From the NCBI GenBank assembly GCA_963815095.1, contig CAWFFH010000003.1, forward strand, positions 224,001 through 288,000: 64,000 bases of DNA, read 5' to 3'. The translations under genes and the position numbers were made by a program. This document shows, piece by piece, positions 1-9,772 of the stretch. The notes beneath the pieces are model-generated. The model was not told where the DNA came from and made no database searches. It was given only the letters and a program-made list of their open reading frames with translations. Source of the DNA: Candidatus Bathyarchaeota archaeon. Its GTDB lineage: Archaea > Thermoproteota > Bathyarchaeia > Bathyarchaeales > Bathycorpusculaceae. Each line of letters begins with the position of its first letter. Position 1 is the first letter of the stretch.

Positions 1-232
1 ACCGGGAATTTTGGCATTATTTTGATTGATTGAGATTTAATGGTATTTTTTTAGATAAATATCTAGGCACTCAAGCGGTGTTTTTTGACATATCCACAAT
101 AATACCTTCACGCCTTTGACAAGAAAATGTTTAATTTTGATGGTAAGAAGAAAAATATCTATGGAAAAACTACGATAACTTTTTTATCTTATCAGCCTAA
201 ACCATGCAACATAACATTGGAGGATAAACTAC

Positions 233-403
233 ATGGCTAAATGTCCAAAATGCGGAACCGAAGTAGCAAAGCCAAAGAAAACTTGGAAAATGGCAGGCCG
301 ACCAGATAAAGCTGGCAAACGCATGCAACTAGAAATCGGACTCTACGAATGCCCAAAATGTGGCAACGTATTCCGCGAAGTACTAAGTAAACAAAAAATC
401 TAA
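233..403 (+). CDS. Cren7-like chromatin protein, zinc-ribbon variant (56 aa, below ORF-track cutoff)
   Basis: Hand translation MAKCPKCGTEVAKPKKTWKMAGRPDKAGKRMQLEIGLYECPKCGNVFREVLSKQKI. The P.K.W...IGLY..P..G..FR pattern resembles Cren7. GGAGGA RBS upstream; hairpin plus T-run downstream. Confidence 0.8.
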   Translation: MAKCPKCGTEVAKPKKTWKMAGRPDKAGKRMQLEIGLYECPKCGNVFREVLSKQKI

Positions 404-510
404 ACAACGCAATCTAACCAAAATTAGTTGCGCTCTATTTTTTCTTTTTTTAGAACAGCGGTAGTTTTAAAACCAAGCGCTTGCTATCAACTGATATATG
501 GGTTCGGCAG

Positions 511-1145
511 ATGGCAAAAAAAGCGGTTGATTTAAAGAAACTTCGGAACAACAATTATTTTAAAACTGCAATCGCCATCGCCTTGGTTGTAGCCATCATT
601 GGAGAATTCTTTTTTGGTATGCAACTGGTTCTTGGGACTAATGTTCCAATTAGGGTAATAGAAAGCAGGAGCATGTGTGTGATCAACAATAGCAACTGCG
701 ACGGCTGGAACCATCCTTTTGATCAGGCGTTACACTTAGGGGACATAATTATTATTCAGCAAGTAAATTCTGCCGATTTAAATATAAACTATCCCAACAG
801 CGACATCATAGTCTACAAGAATCCCAACTTAGTCACACCCATCGTTCACCGAATAGTTTCAGCAGAAAACATTAACGGTACAATGTATTTCAAAACGAAG
901 GGTGACGGCAATGGACTAGGCCGGCAGATACCAACGATTACGATAACATTCCAGATGCAAGAGGAGTTCCACAAAACCTCGTAGAAGGAAAAGTTATTTT
1001 GCGGATTCCATGGTTTGGATGGATTTCGCTATTTGTGAGGGGCAATTCTTGGGTTTTGCCCGTAGCCATGGCTTTGATTGTAATGTTTGCGTTTGTTCTT
1101 TCTATGGTTAAAGCTAAAAGAAAGAACCTGCGCACAGCAAAATAA
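511..1145 (+). pseudogene. Signal peptidase I (S26B/Sec11-like), frameshifted near 915-920 (pseudogene or sequence error)
   Basis: TM, SxSM, GDII, IVHR and TKGDGN in 481..984. The family C-terminus (VEGKVILRIPWFGW plus TM, stop 1143-1145) continues in another frame from 921. Confidence 0.8.
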
Positions 1146-1230
1146 AAAAAGCTAGCTATAGATGTATTTATAAAGAAAGCCTTGATAAATGAACATTCAA
1201 GAAAGGCGATAGAGCCGAGGGAAAAACTGT

Positions 1231-1791
1231 TTGCCAAAAGTTAAAGCTACATTACGCATTGAAAACGTGGTCGCTTCTGCAACACTTAACCAAAAAGTCG
1301 ATTTAAACGCTGTCGTTAAAGGTTACCCGGGCGTAGAATATCGTCCTGAACAATTTCCAGGCTTAGTTTTTCGCTTAAAACGCCCAAAAACTGCAACTTT
1401 GATTTTTAGTTCCGGAAAAATGGTATGCACGGGCGCGAAGTCAGAGAAGGAAGCGCGTCGAGCGGTAACGAAAGTTGTGAAGGAGCTCAAGAAGGGCGGC
1501 ATAATAATAATCAGCAAGCCTGAACTCAAAATCCAAAACATCGTGGCTTCAGGCATTTTAGGCGGAATGATTGATCTAGAAAAAGCGGCTTATACCATGG
1601 ATCACGCTATGTATGAGCCAGAACAGTTTCCAGGCTTAATCTACCGCATGGTGGAGCCTAAAGTTGTGATTCTTCTTTTTGCAAGCGGCAAACTTGTTTG
1701 CACAGGTGGCAAAAAAGAACAGGATGTTTACGATGCTGTGGAAAAATTGCATTCGCTACTTGAAGAAACCCGCCTAATTTTCTACGAATAA
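1231..1791 (+). CDS. tbp: TATA-box binding protein
   Basis: Two repeats of NVVAS/NIVAS...YxPEQFPGL...LIFSSGK/LLFASGK; TTG start. Confidence 0.98.
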   Translation: MPKVKATLRIENVVASATLNQKVDLNAVVKGYPGVEYRPEQFPGLVFRLKRPKTATLIFSSGKMVCTGAKSEKEARRAVTKVVKELKKGGIIIISKPELKIQNIVASGILGGMIDLEKAAYTMDHAMYEPEQFPGLIYRMVEPKVVILLFASGKLVCTGGKKEQDVYDAVEKLHSLLEETRLIFYE

Positions 1792-1797
1792 CCCCAA

Positions 1798-2427
1798 CTA
1801 ACGTTTCTTTACCTGTTTCAATATCGTTTTCAGGCTTTCTTTATCAATTGCACCCATTTCGAAGAGTGTGTTGGCTATTTCACTTATCTTTAGCAGTGCA
1901 TGCAGTTTTATTCCGTTTTTCTCCAGCAGTTCTTTTCCGCCTTCTTCACGATCCAAGAAAACAACAGCTTCCGTTACAACTCCACCTTCAGCTCTCACAG
2001 CATCCGCAGCTTTTTTGAGCGTTAAGCCAGTGGTAAGCAAATCGTCAATTAGCAAAACCTTGTCTCCTGAAGACAAGACTCCTTCTACTCTGCGTTCTCT
2101 GCCGCGCAGTCGGATGCCTTTGCGCACGTAAAGGAAAGGTTTCTTGAGGTTGTATGCGATTTGGGACGCGAAGGGGATTCCTGTGAGGGGTATGGCTGCG
2201 ACGCGGTCGAAGTTTTTTAGTCCAATTTGACCGTTTATGTATTGCGCGTAGGATTCGCAGATCTCTCGGAAAGCATCTGGGAAGCTGGGAATTACTCTAA
2301 GGTCAACGTAGTAGGGGCTTGCTTTTCTGTTGGTGAGTTTGAAGACACCGAATTTTATGGCGTCGAGTTTGAAGAGTATGTTTGCCATTCGCTCTTTAGG
2401 GGTTAAATTTGCGGTGTTAGTTTTCAT
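1798..2427 (-). CDS. pyrE: Orotate phosphoribosyltransferase
   Basis: FGVFKLT..ASPYYVDLR, YVRK, PRPP motif VLLIDDLLTTG, DREEGG. Confidence 0.93.
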   Translation of the reverse strand: MKTNTANLTPKERMANILFKLDAIKFGVFKLTNRKASPYYVDLRVIPSFPDAFREICESYAQYINGQIGLKNFDRVAAIPLTGIPFASQIAYNLKKPFLYVRKGIRLRGRERRVEGVLSSGDKVLLIDDLLTTGLTLKKAADAVRAEGGVVTEAVVFLDREEGGKELLEKNGIKLHALLKISEIANTLFEMGAIDKESLKTILKQVKKR

Positions 2428-3122
2428 GTTTTTATTTCCCTCTTTGAAACTTGATAGATTTTGTTCTGTTCAGGAATCAAGCATGCGGTTCTTGGGAGCT
2501 CCTTTTTTAAGAGTTCAGCAAACTCTTTTTGGCTTGCAACCGTGGCTGTGTGGTAGGGCACTGCAATTTGTGGTTTAGTTAACCATGCAATCTCAAAACC
2601 CGTCTGTGGTGAAGCGCTTGGAGCGATCCCTACGGTGCAGAAAACCAAGTCAAAATTTTCCTTTTGAGCAAGTTTAGCCATTTCTGGAAAAGGTAAACTA
2701 TCTGCAGTATGATAAACTTTCATGTTGTCTTCACTGGTTATGATGTATGTAACTGGAGCTTGGGCTGGGTGGTTGCTTTTTTCTGCTTTGACTGAGACTT
2801 CGCCAATTTTGATTTCCATGCCAGGTTTGATTTCTTGAAGTTTATCGCCTGGGAGGGCAAGTTGTAGTTTTTTGGTTGAGGCGGAGTCCGCAATTATGGT
2901 GCAGCCGGTTACTTTCTGGATTCCGATAATTAGTGGCGGGTCGAGGTGGTCGTAGTGTTCGTGAGTGATTAGGATAGCGTCTACGTTTTGGAGTTTTTTG
3001 ACTTTGACGTCAACAGGGTCGATGACAAGTGTTTTAGACGGCGTTTTCAGCATTATTCCAGCGTAGTTGTTGAGCCAAACGAAAAGTATGCTGTTTTTTT
3101 CGGGCGTCTTCTGAATGGACAT
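2424..3122 (-). CDS. MBL-fold metallo-hydrolase (UlaG/YtkL-like)
   Basis: IDP, THEHYDHLD, YHTADS, PYH. ATG at 3122 follows a GTGAGG RBS; 4-nt overlap with pyrE. Confidence 0.85.
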   Translation of the reverse strand: MSIQKTPEKNSILFVWLNNYAGIMLKTPSKTLVIDPVDVKVKKLQNVDAILITHEHYDHLDPPLIIGIQKVTGCTIIADSASTKKLQLALPGDKLQEIKPGMEIKIGEVSVKAEKSNHPAQAPVTYIITSEDNMKVYHTADSLPFPEMAKLAQKENFDLVFCTVGIAPSASPQTGFEIAWLTKPQIAVPYHTATVASQKEFAELLKKELPRTACLIPEQNKIYQVSKREIKT

Positions 3123-3401
3123 AACTCGATTCCTCACAAATAACTATGCTATGACCGTTTTAAAGAAGTTATGCATCAACCGCGAGTACACTTTGCTTTA
3201 GGATTATTTCTGGTTTTTGTTGCAACCGGTGTGCAGAATGCAGGTGCAACAACAACTTCTATCACTCGTTGGTCTTCAGCTCTGAAGTTGAATAGTGGTT
3301 TTTGTATTTTTAGTAGATGCAACAGTTGATTTGCAGAATCGGGTTGCAGCAGCAACTTCTCTGTCTGCTTTTGCAGAAATAGAACAAACCAAAAAAGCAA
3401 A

Positions 3402-5243
3402 TTATTTTTTGGGAGTTTTAGTGGGTTCTTTCTTTTCTGGCTTTGCTTCCATTTTTTCGGGTCTGGTTGTTTTTGTGTAGTAGTATTCACCGATGTCTTT
3501 TTGGAATTTATCCATCTGTGAGTCTTCTTTGTTTACTCGGGGGCGGTAAGTGACTGAGTCTCGTCGAAAAGTAATGTCCATTTCTTTGAGGAAAGTATTC
3601 ATGCCTTGCCTTAGGCTAGTTGGCGGATGTGCCAAGCCAGAAACGCCTGGTTCACCATTAAAAACCATCAAGCGGTCGGCGATAAAGTCTTGAGTAACTA
3701 CGTCATGTTCAACGACGAAGGCTGGGATACTGTGGGCTTCTACAACCCGCCGCAATGTTTTTGCCACGTTTAAACGTTCTTCAACGTCAAGGTACGCGCT
3801 TGGCTCGTCAAGCAAAAACAGGTCTGTTTTGCGGCTAAGACATGCTGCGATAGCGACTTTTTGGAGTTCTCCACCGCTGAGCTCCATGACGTTTTTGTCC
3901 ATTAGAACTTGAAGACGTAGAGGTTGGGCAATTTCAGTTTTGTACCAGCTTGAGGTAAAGTTTTCTTTTGCAACATTCATCAAAAGTTCTTGAACGGTGC
4001 CTGCAAAGTCTGGAGCGATGTATTGAGGTTTGTAGCTTACCGTCAGCTTGCTTAGTTGACGTTTATCATCTGTTTCATCTAAACCTGCTAAAATCTTGAC
4101 AAAAGTGGTTTTTCCAATCCCGTTAGGTCCAAGAATGCCAATGATTTCGCCAGTCCGTATTTCGCCGGGTTCGATTGCAAGTTTGAAGCCTTTGAAGGTT
4201 TTCTCCATCTTGTCCCACTTGAGCAGAGGTTCGCCTACCATTTCTCCCGCATTGGGCGGTTTCTCGTGGAATACAATGGCTTCTTTTCGGAACATAATGT
4301 TCTCATCTGGGATGAAACCTTGTAAGTAAATGTTAATTCCAGTTCGGACGCCATGAGTATGTGAGACAACTCCGTAGACACTTGGTTCACCGTAGAAGAC
4401 GCAAATCTGGTCAGATAAGTAGTCGATAATAGCTAAGTCATGCTCAGCCACAACTATTGTTTTTTGTTGTTCTTTGAGGCTACGGATGGCTCGGGCAACC
4501 ACAAGTCGCTGCTTAACATCTAAGTAGCTGGAAGGCTCATCGAAAAGGTATACATCGGCTTCGCGACTTAGCGCCGCCGCAACCGCTACACGCTGCAATT
4601 CCCCGCCACTGAGTACGTCAAGGGGTCTGTCCCAAATCTTTTTGAGTTCTAACTCCTCGGCGATGGCATCAAGCTGTTTGCGTTCATCGACTTTTTCAAG
4701 GAGCTCGCCAGCTTTGCCTGAAACTGCCTTGGGAATTTTGTCCACATATTGGGGTTTGCTGCTGACTTTGAGTTTTTTCTCACTTAGTTTTTGGAAGTAA
4801 TCTTGAAGGCTGGAACCCCGATAGTATTGGATGATTTCTGGCCATTCTGGCGGGTCGTCGAATCGGCCAAGGTTGGGTTTGATTTCGCCTGAAAAAATCT
4901 TCAGTGTAGTGCTTTTTCCAATCCCGTTTTGGCCCAGCAACCCTAAAACTGTTCCCGGCGAAGGCATAGGTAAGCGGAAGAGTTTGAAGCTGTTTTCGCC
5001 GAAGCGGTGGCTGCAGTCTTTTTCCAGCTCATCAGGCAGGTTAACGATGTTAATGGCTTTGAAGGGGCATTTTTTGACGCATATCCCGCAACCGCTGCAA
5101 AGTGTTTCGGCTATGATGGCTTTAGACCCCTCAACCCGTATGGCTTCCACTCTGCTACGTACCATTGGACAGAAGCTAACACAGAGTGAGTTACATTTTT
5201 TGACTTTGCACTTATCTTCATTTAATACGGCGATTCTGGTCAT
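3402..5243 (-). CDS. rli: Ribosome recycling ATPase ABCE1/Rli1
   Basis: N-terminal Fe-S cysteines (CSGCGICVKKCP) and two ABC domains (GQNGIGKS, GPNGIGKT, LSGGELQ, DEPS). Confidence 0.97.
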   Translation of the reverse strand: MTRIAVLNEDKCKVKKCNSLCVSFCPMVRSRVEAIRVEGSKAIIAETLCSGCGICVKKCPFKAINIVNLPDELEKDCSHRFGENSFKLFRLPMPSPGTVLGLLGQNGIGKSTTLKIFSGEIKPNLGRFDDPPEWPEIIQYYRGSSLQDYFQKLSEKKLKVSSKPQYVDKIPKAVSGKAGELLEKVDERKQLDAIAEELELKKIWDRPLDVLSGGELQRVAVAAALSREADVYLFDEPSSYLDVKQRLVVARAIRSLKEQQKTIVVAEHDLAIIDYLSDQICVFYGEPSVYGVVSHTHGVRTGINIYLQGFIPDENIMFRKEAIVFHEKPPNAGEMVGEPLLKWDKMEKTFKGFKLAIEPGEIRTGEIIGILGPNGIGKTTFVKILAGLDETDDKRQLSKLTVSYKPQYIAPDFAGTVQELLMNVAKENFTSSWYKTEIAQPLRLQVLMDKNVMELSGGELQKVAIAACLSRKTDLFLLDEPSAYLDVEERLNVAKTLRRVVEAHSIPAFVVEHDVVTQDFIADRLMVFNGEPGVSGLAHPPTSLRQGMNTFLKEMDITFRRDSVTYRPRVNKEDSQMDKFQKDIGEYYYTKTTRPEKMEAKPEKKEPTKTPKK

Positions 5244-5419
5244 AGTTGGCGTCGCTTAATGATGCCTACAAGATAGTTATAAATGTAAACCTCAAGGAAA
5301 AAAGAAACACAAAAAGGCGAAAAGGTTTTTTCATCGGTTTAGAAAATGAACCTCAAAATTATGGGGAAAAATTCAAACTTAAAAGAAAAATATACAAAAG
5401 TGCGGTTTTGGCGTTTAAT

Positions 5420-5491
5420 TTACCATTCTTCTTCTTCCCATTCTTCATCTTCGCCTTCTTCCCATTCATCTTCTTCTTCTCTGAATATCAA
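5420..5491 (-). CDS. Putative 23-aa ultra-acidic peptide MIFREEEDEWEEGEDEEWEEEEW
   Basis: TTG start 9 nt after a GAGGTGA RBS (5501-5507, minus strand); clean E/D/W coding to TAA. Confidence 0.55.
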   Translation of the reverse strand: MIFREEEDEWEEGEDEEWEEEEW

Positions 5492-5699
5492 GTGTTTTTT
5501 TCACCTCACAAATTCTCGTATAAGCTACCCTATCCTAAGCGAGGTTTAAGCATTTAGATTCGTCAAATGACGTTAATTCCAGACCAAAGTCTTGGATTAA
5601 AACATGAATGTGCAAGGATTTTTCTACAAAATTCTACAATTTTTGTGGAGTAATCTTTTATACAAACTCAAGCAAATACGATTTCAAGAAGGAGTTGAA

Positions 5700-6269
5700 A
5701 TGAGAAAAATATTCAAAATAATCCTTGCAATAGTCGCAATACTAATAATCGTTGTAGTAGCCGTTGGAGCTATAATACTCTTAGATGTGGCTGCTTACAC
5801 GGCAACTGGATCAAAAACCCTAACGCCGAGAGATACTCCTGCGGGAAAGGCCATCGTAATCTATGACCCTGGACTGTCAGGAACCTCAAAAACTGTTGCA
5901 ACCCAAATCGCCACTGACTTACAAACCCAAAACTACCAGGTCACATTGGCAGGCATAAAAAGTTCAGCCGCAGCAGACGTTGCAGGCTATAAAATCATCA
6001 TTGTCGGAGGACCAGTATACGCAGGCGCCCTAACCAGTTCAGTAAAAGACACTCTCAGCAGCTTAGATAGTTTACATGTTCAAGGAACCAAAATCGGTGT
6101 TTTCGGAAGCGGACAAGGCGCAACCTCACAAGATGACATAAATCAACTCAAACAATCAATGCCGACAGGTTCAGACAACACTTTATCGGAAGCAGTTGTC
6201 GTTAAGATCGGAAGCAGCGAAGACCTCAACATACGAGCCCAAGACTTCGTAAATCAGCTGCTACAATAA
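5700..6269 (+). CDS. Membrane-anchored flavodoxin-like protein
   Basis: N-terminal TM, then IYDPGLSGTSKTVA, IIVGGPVYAG, GVFGSG. ATG at 5700 follows GGAG. Confidence 0.75.
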   Translation: MRKIFKIILAIVAILIIVVVAVGAIILLDVAAYTATGSKTLTPRDTPAGKAIVIYDPGLSGTSKTVATQIATDLQTQNYQVTLAGIKSSAAADVAGYKIIIVGGPVYAGALTSSVKDTLSSLDSLHVQGTKIGVFGSGQGATSQDDINQLKQSMPTGSDNTLSEAVVVKIGSSEDLNIRAQDFVNQLLQ

Positions 6270-6772
6270 AATCATCAAAATTTAACTTTAACTTTTTTCT
6301 TTTTGTTGATTTTACTAATCAAAATAGATAAATCTGCACAAACAACATTAAAGTGGGAATGATGTAAGGCGACGGCTTTGAGCCTAAAGCTGTGAGAGAT
6401 CGTCTATCAACACTGACCCAAAACCATTTGCCCGAAAAAATCGACACTTTAGCTTTTGGTTCTACATTTAACCTAGATCAAAGTTTTTTTGCCGAAGTTT
6501 GTGGTTCGTTGCGCAACCTGTTGCAGTTTAATCCAGAAGCAGAACACGAAAAACGGTCGGCAAAATTGATTGCAGGTTATTGTTGTGTATAGGGACTCTG
6601 TCAACAACAACTATACAAAAGCAAACAACCCCATTAATTTTGATCGGCCGATAAAGGAGGGGGAGATGCATTAAGCAGCAGGCTTTTTCAAGTCAATTAT
6701 TTTGCCTTGAACGCTTATGGTAGATAAAAATCCTCAACGCCTCTCCCACATAAACGATGACTCTAGAGCGGC

Positions 6773-7102
6773 TTATTTTTTTCGGTTATTGCATTGAAGC
6801 ACTTTGGGGCAAATCAAGCATTCATCAGTACTTCCTGAGGGAGTATTGAGCAGCCCGCTGAAGTGAGCGCATTTGGCGGGGGAATCAAAAACCATCGGGT
6901 ACTCAGTTGCCCTGACACCCACAATTTTTTCTTTGACGGTTTCAAGTTCCAATCGGGACATGCAGAATGGGCAGGCATAATGCGTTTGGCGTGGAAGCAC
7001 AGAGTCATCTGTAATCATAGTGGGCCTATCAAAGTGCTTTTCGCAGCCTTTGTAGGGGCACTGAAGCTTGTCGTTGGAACCGTTGGAGTGGAAAAGACGC
7101 AT
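6773..7102 (-). CDS. Cys-rich putative zinc-binding protein
   Basis: CPYKGC, CPFC, CAH, CLICP...C motifs; ATG at 7102. Confidence 0.6.
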   Translation of the reverse strand: MRLFHSNGSNDKLQCPYKGCEKHFDRPTMITDDSVLPRQTHYACPFCMSRLELETVKEKIVGVRATEYPMVFDSPAKCAHFSGLLNTPSGSTDECLICPKVLQCNNRKK

Positions 7103-7448
7103 ACTGCTCAGCCTTGAAAAAGTTGGTGTCGTAACATTTAATAAACCTTGCCAGAAAGACCCAAAAAGTGATAGGCGTACAACACAACGACAAAAACAAA
7201 AATCGTATAGTTTGTTCAAATGTTACAAGTTTTTAATATCTACTTACACGTTCGCACACATTTACAACCATGAGATTAGCAATCTTCAAGATTTTCATAA
7301 TAATTATGAATCAAATCACAATCAAGCTTGTGCCATATTATAATTAATAAATATTAAATCAAGGCGAGAAAAAATGGAAAAAATGTTACTGCCAAAAAAA
7401 AGTTTCTGCTAAAAGATATAGTGTATTTCCTGCGCGTATAAATCTAGA

Positions 7449-7522
7449 AGCCTCGAGCGGGCTTTGCTCCCGCGGCCTGCTGCTTACGAGGCAGCCGCTC
7501 CACTGGGCTGAGCTATCGAGGC
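7449..7522 (-). tRNA. tRNA-Thr(CGU) with atypical D and T loops
   Basis: Cloverleaf GCCTCGA/TCGAGGC, GCTC/GAGC, GCTGC-CT CGT AA-GCAGC, GCGGG/CCCGC; U73 discriminator as in archaeal tRNA-Thr. Confidence 0.9.
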
Positions 7523-7698
7523 GCAGTACGTGATTATTTGTGTGTTTTTTGGTGTTCTTAAATGTTGGTTTGGCTGTAGCTTATTTTTTGTAAATATTTG
7601 GTTTTTCATATAGTTATATGATAAGTGAAGAGCGTATTGGGTGGATTATAGAAAAAACTATTAGCTGATTCAAACAACTAATATTTGGTGACAACTTT

Positions 7699-7914
7699 AT
7701 GGTTTTAACACAAATCGAATTTGCCTCAATTTTGAAAAACTTAAAGATAGCATATTCAGGTGATGTGATTGAAGCCTGTAGTATATCAAAAATAGAGACC
7801 CCTCAAATCGCTGAAAAATGGTTTAAAGCGGCGTTTTACGTTGCGGCGCAGGATAACCGCAGTATTTTGACGGCACAAGACGTTAACAGGGCACTAGCTG
7901 AAATGTTTCGGTAA
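7699..7914 (+). CDS. Small helical protein, histone-fold or AAA+ lid-like
   Basis: 71 aa; C-terminal A...A...R-x6-D-V..A pattern (AAQDNRSILTAQDVNRAL); GGTGA RBS. Confidence 0.55.
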   Translation: MVLTQIEFASILKNLKIAYSGDVIEACSISKIETPQIAEKWFKAAFYVAAQDNRSILTAQDVNRALAEMFR

Positions 7915-8072
7915 CTGAAACTGAAGTCACTCCGATATTCAATGGACTACTGAGTTTTCGCTTGGGGGCTACTGGAAGTTATTTCTTACAATTTTATCCT
8001 TCATAATGACGTCAGTTTTAAAAAGGATTGCAAACCTAATCAATAATCCAATGTTAGGTAAATGGTGACTGC

Positions 8073-9095
8073 ATGAAAAAAGACAAAACGGGAAAAAGCA
8101 CAAGAGAAACAACCATGACTCTTGGCGAACACAAAATAATCGAAATCATCAAAAACCACCTTGAACCTATGCCTGATTTGCCCGTACCGTTTGGAGACGA
8201 CATTTCTGCAGTCAGCCTTGACTCAAAAAAAGTTGCCGTACTAAAAACGGATATGCTGGTAGGCAGAACAGATGTACCCGAAGAAATGACGCTTTTTCAA
8301 GCGGCAAGAAAAGCCTTAGTTATGAACATCAGTGATTTTGCGTCAAAAGGTGTCCAGCCAACAGCGGCACTTGTTGCATTAGGGTTACCTGCTAATTTTA
8401 CACAAAAAAACATCGAGCAAATCGCGGATGGTTTGAATGCTGGAGCAGTAGAATATGGCTCTTACATAATTGGCGGCGACACAAGTGAGGCTTCAGACCT
8501 AATTATTTCAGTCTCACTTTACGGAACGGCAGAGAAATCGATTTTGATGCTTCGCAGTGGCGCAAAAGTGGGAGACATTTTGGCGGTTACAGGGTTTTTC
8601 GGTAAATCAGCGGCTGGATTACGATTGCTACTAGGCGGTTGCTTAGTCTCCAAGAATGCAAAAACCCTTGTAGATGCGGTTCTAATGCCCAAAGCAAGGT
8701 TAGTGGAGGGTTTGACGCTCGGCCGGTGCGGTGTCGTTTCCGCTTCCATGGATTCTAGTGATGGTTTAGCTTGGACGTTGCATGAACTTGCACGTTTGAG
8801 TAACGTAGGGTTTGAACTAGACAAAGTTCCAGTGGCGCCAGAAGTTAAACAGTTTGCAGACCTGAACAGTCTTGACGCTGCGGAATTGGCTCTATATGGA
8901 GGCGAAGAATACGAGTTGGTAGTGACCGTTAAACCTCAAGGGTGGACCACTGCGCTATCTGCGGTTGAAGATGTTGGAGGACAACTTTTGCCTATCGGAA
9001 AAGCAACGGAGGAAAAACAGATTTTACTTAAAAAAGACGATAAGCTGGTTCGTATTGAAGCACGTGGTTGGGAACACTTCAAAACCCAAATTTAG
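8073..9095 (+). CDS. thiL: Thiamine-monophosphate kinase
   Basis: GEH..I, FGDD, KTDML, NISDFASKG, GGDT, RSGA, DSSDGL, GGEEYEL, GWEHF. True start may be the internal ATG near 8115. Confidence 0.95.
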   Translation: MKKDKTGKSTRETTMTLGEHKIIEIIKNHLEPMPDLPVPFGDDISAVSLDSKKVAVLKTDMLVGRTDVPEEMTLFQAARKALVMNISDFASKGVQPTAALVALGLPANFTQKNIEQIADGLNAGAVEYGSYIIGGDTSEASDLIISVSLYGTAEKSILMLRSGAKVGDILAVTGFFGKSAAGLRLLLGGCLVSKNAKTLVDAVLMPKARLVEGLTLGRCGVVSASMDSSDGLAWTLHELARLSNVGFELDKVPVAPEVKQFADLNSLDAAELALYGGEEYELVVTVKPQGWTTALSAVEDVGGQLLPIGKATEEKQILLKKDDKLVRIEARGWEHFKTQI

Positions 9096-9658
9096 ATTGC
9101 TGAATCCAATGTGTAATTAATTACAGTGATGCATGAGGCTGCCAGATAGGGTTGTTTTCCAAGGCTGATTTTTTCGCCAAACCGCTGCGAAAAAAGCTCA
9201 GCTTTTTTGGGCAACCCAACATGGTCGCCGAGAACAAAGAGGCTATTATCGTTGAGCGTAATTTCGTTTATGTCTTTGCCATCTTCCTCAAGAACAAAGA
9301 TCTGATGTGTTTGAGCTTTACCTCTGAGGAGCGCCTCAAAGCTTGTTTTGTCCTTGGTTATGCCTGGGTGAGACTTGCCAGATAAAGTTTTTTTTAGTAT
9401 TACCTGCCAAGTGTCCATGTCAGTGCGTACGTCGTAGAGGCTGCTGCCGTCGATTTGAATGTGGATAGGGGGGTTTGGGGGGCCGTTTAAGATGGCATGG
9501 AAGGTTACGTCCCTGCGCAGCCCATGGGAAAGAAAAAGGCTACTAACGATACATTCGTGAACGATATCAAGTCTTCCCGCGTCATGGAGATTACGGAAGT
9601 TTGAGTCGGTTTGTCCTATACGCGAGAAAAGGATGAATTCTCTTGGCAAATCAGTCAC
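9092..9658 (-). CDS. trmY: tRNA (pseudouridine54-N1)-methyltransferase, SPOUT family
   Basis: REFI, AGRLD, LFLSHGLRRDV, L.EDG.DI, FVLGDHVG, ISLG...YLAASCI. Confidence 0.88.
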   Translation of the reverse strand: MTDLPREFILFSRIGQTDSNFRNLHDAGRLDIVHECIVSSLFLSHGLRRDVTFHAILNGPPNPPIHIQIDGSSLYDVRTDMDTWQVILKKTLSGKSHPGITKDKTSFEALLRGKAQTHQIFVLEEDGKDINEITLNDNSLFVLGDHVGLPKKAELFSQRFGEKISLGKQPYLAASCITVINYTLDSAI

Positions 9659-9772
9659 TGCATACAGCTATGCGCAGGTTGCTTTAAAGTGCTTTCTTGA
9701 ATGAATTGTTGTCGTCAGCCAGAAGCATCCGGTAAGCGCTTGAAAATACACATTTCAAAATATTCAAGCGAA

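Noticed and set aside
3176-3490. ORFs between the MBL gene and ABCE1
   Set aside because: They overlap ABCE1 and no frame shows a recognisable motif.
6392-6592. 66-aa ORF
   Set aside because: No motif or RBS support, so left uncalled.
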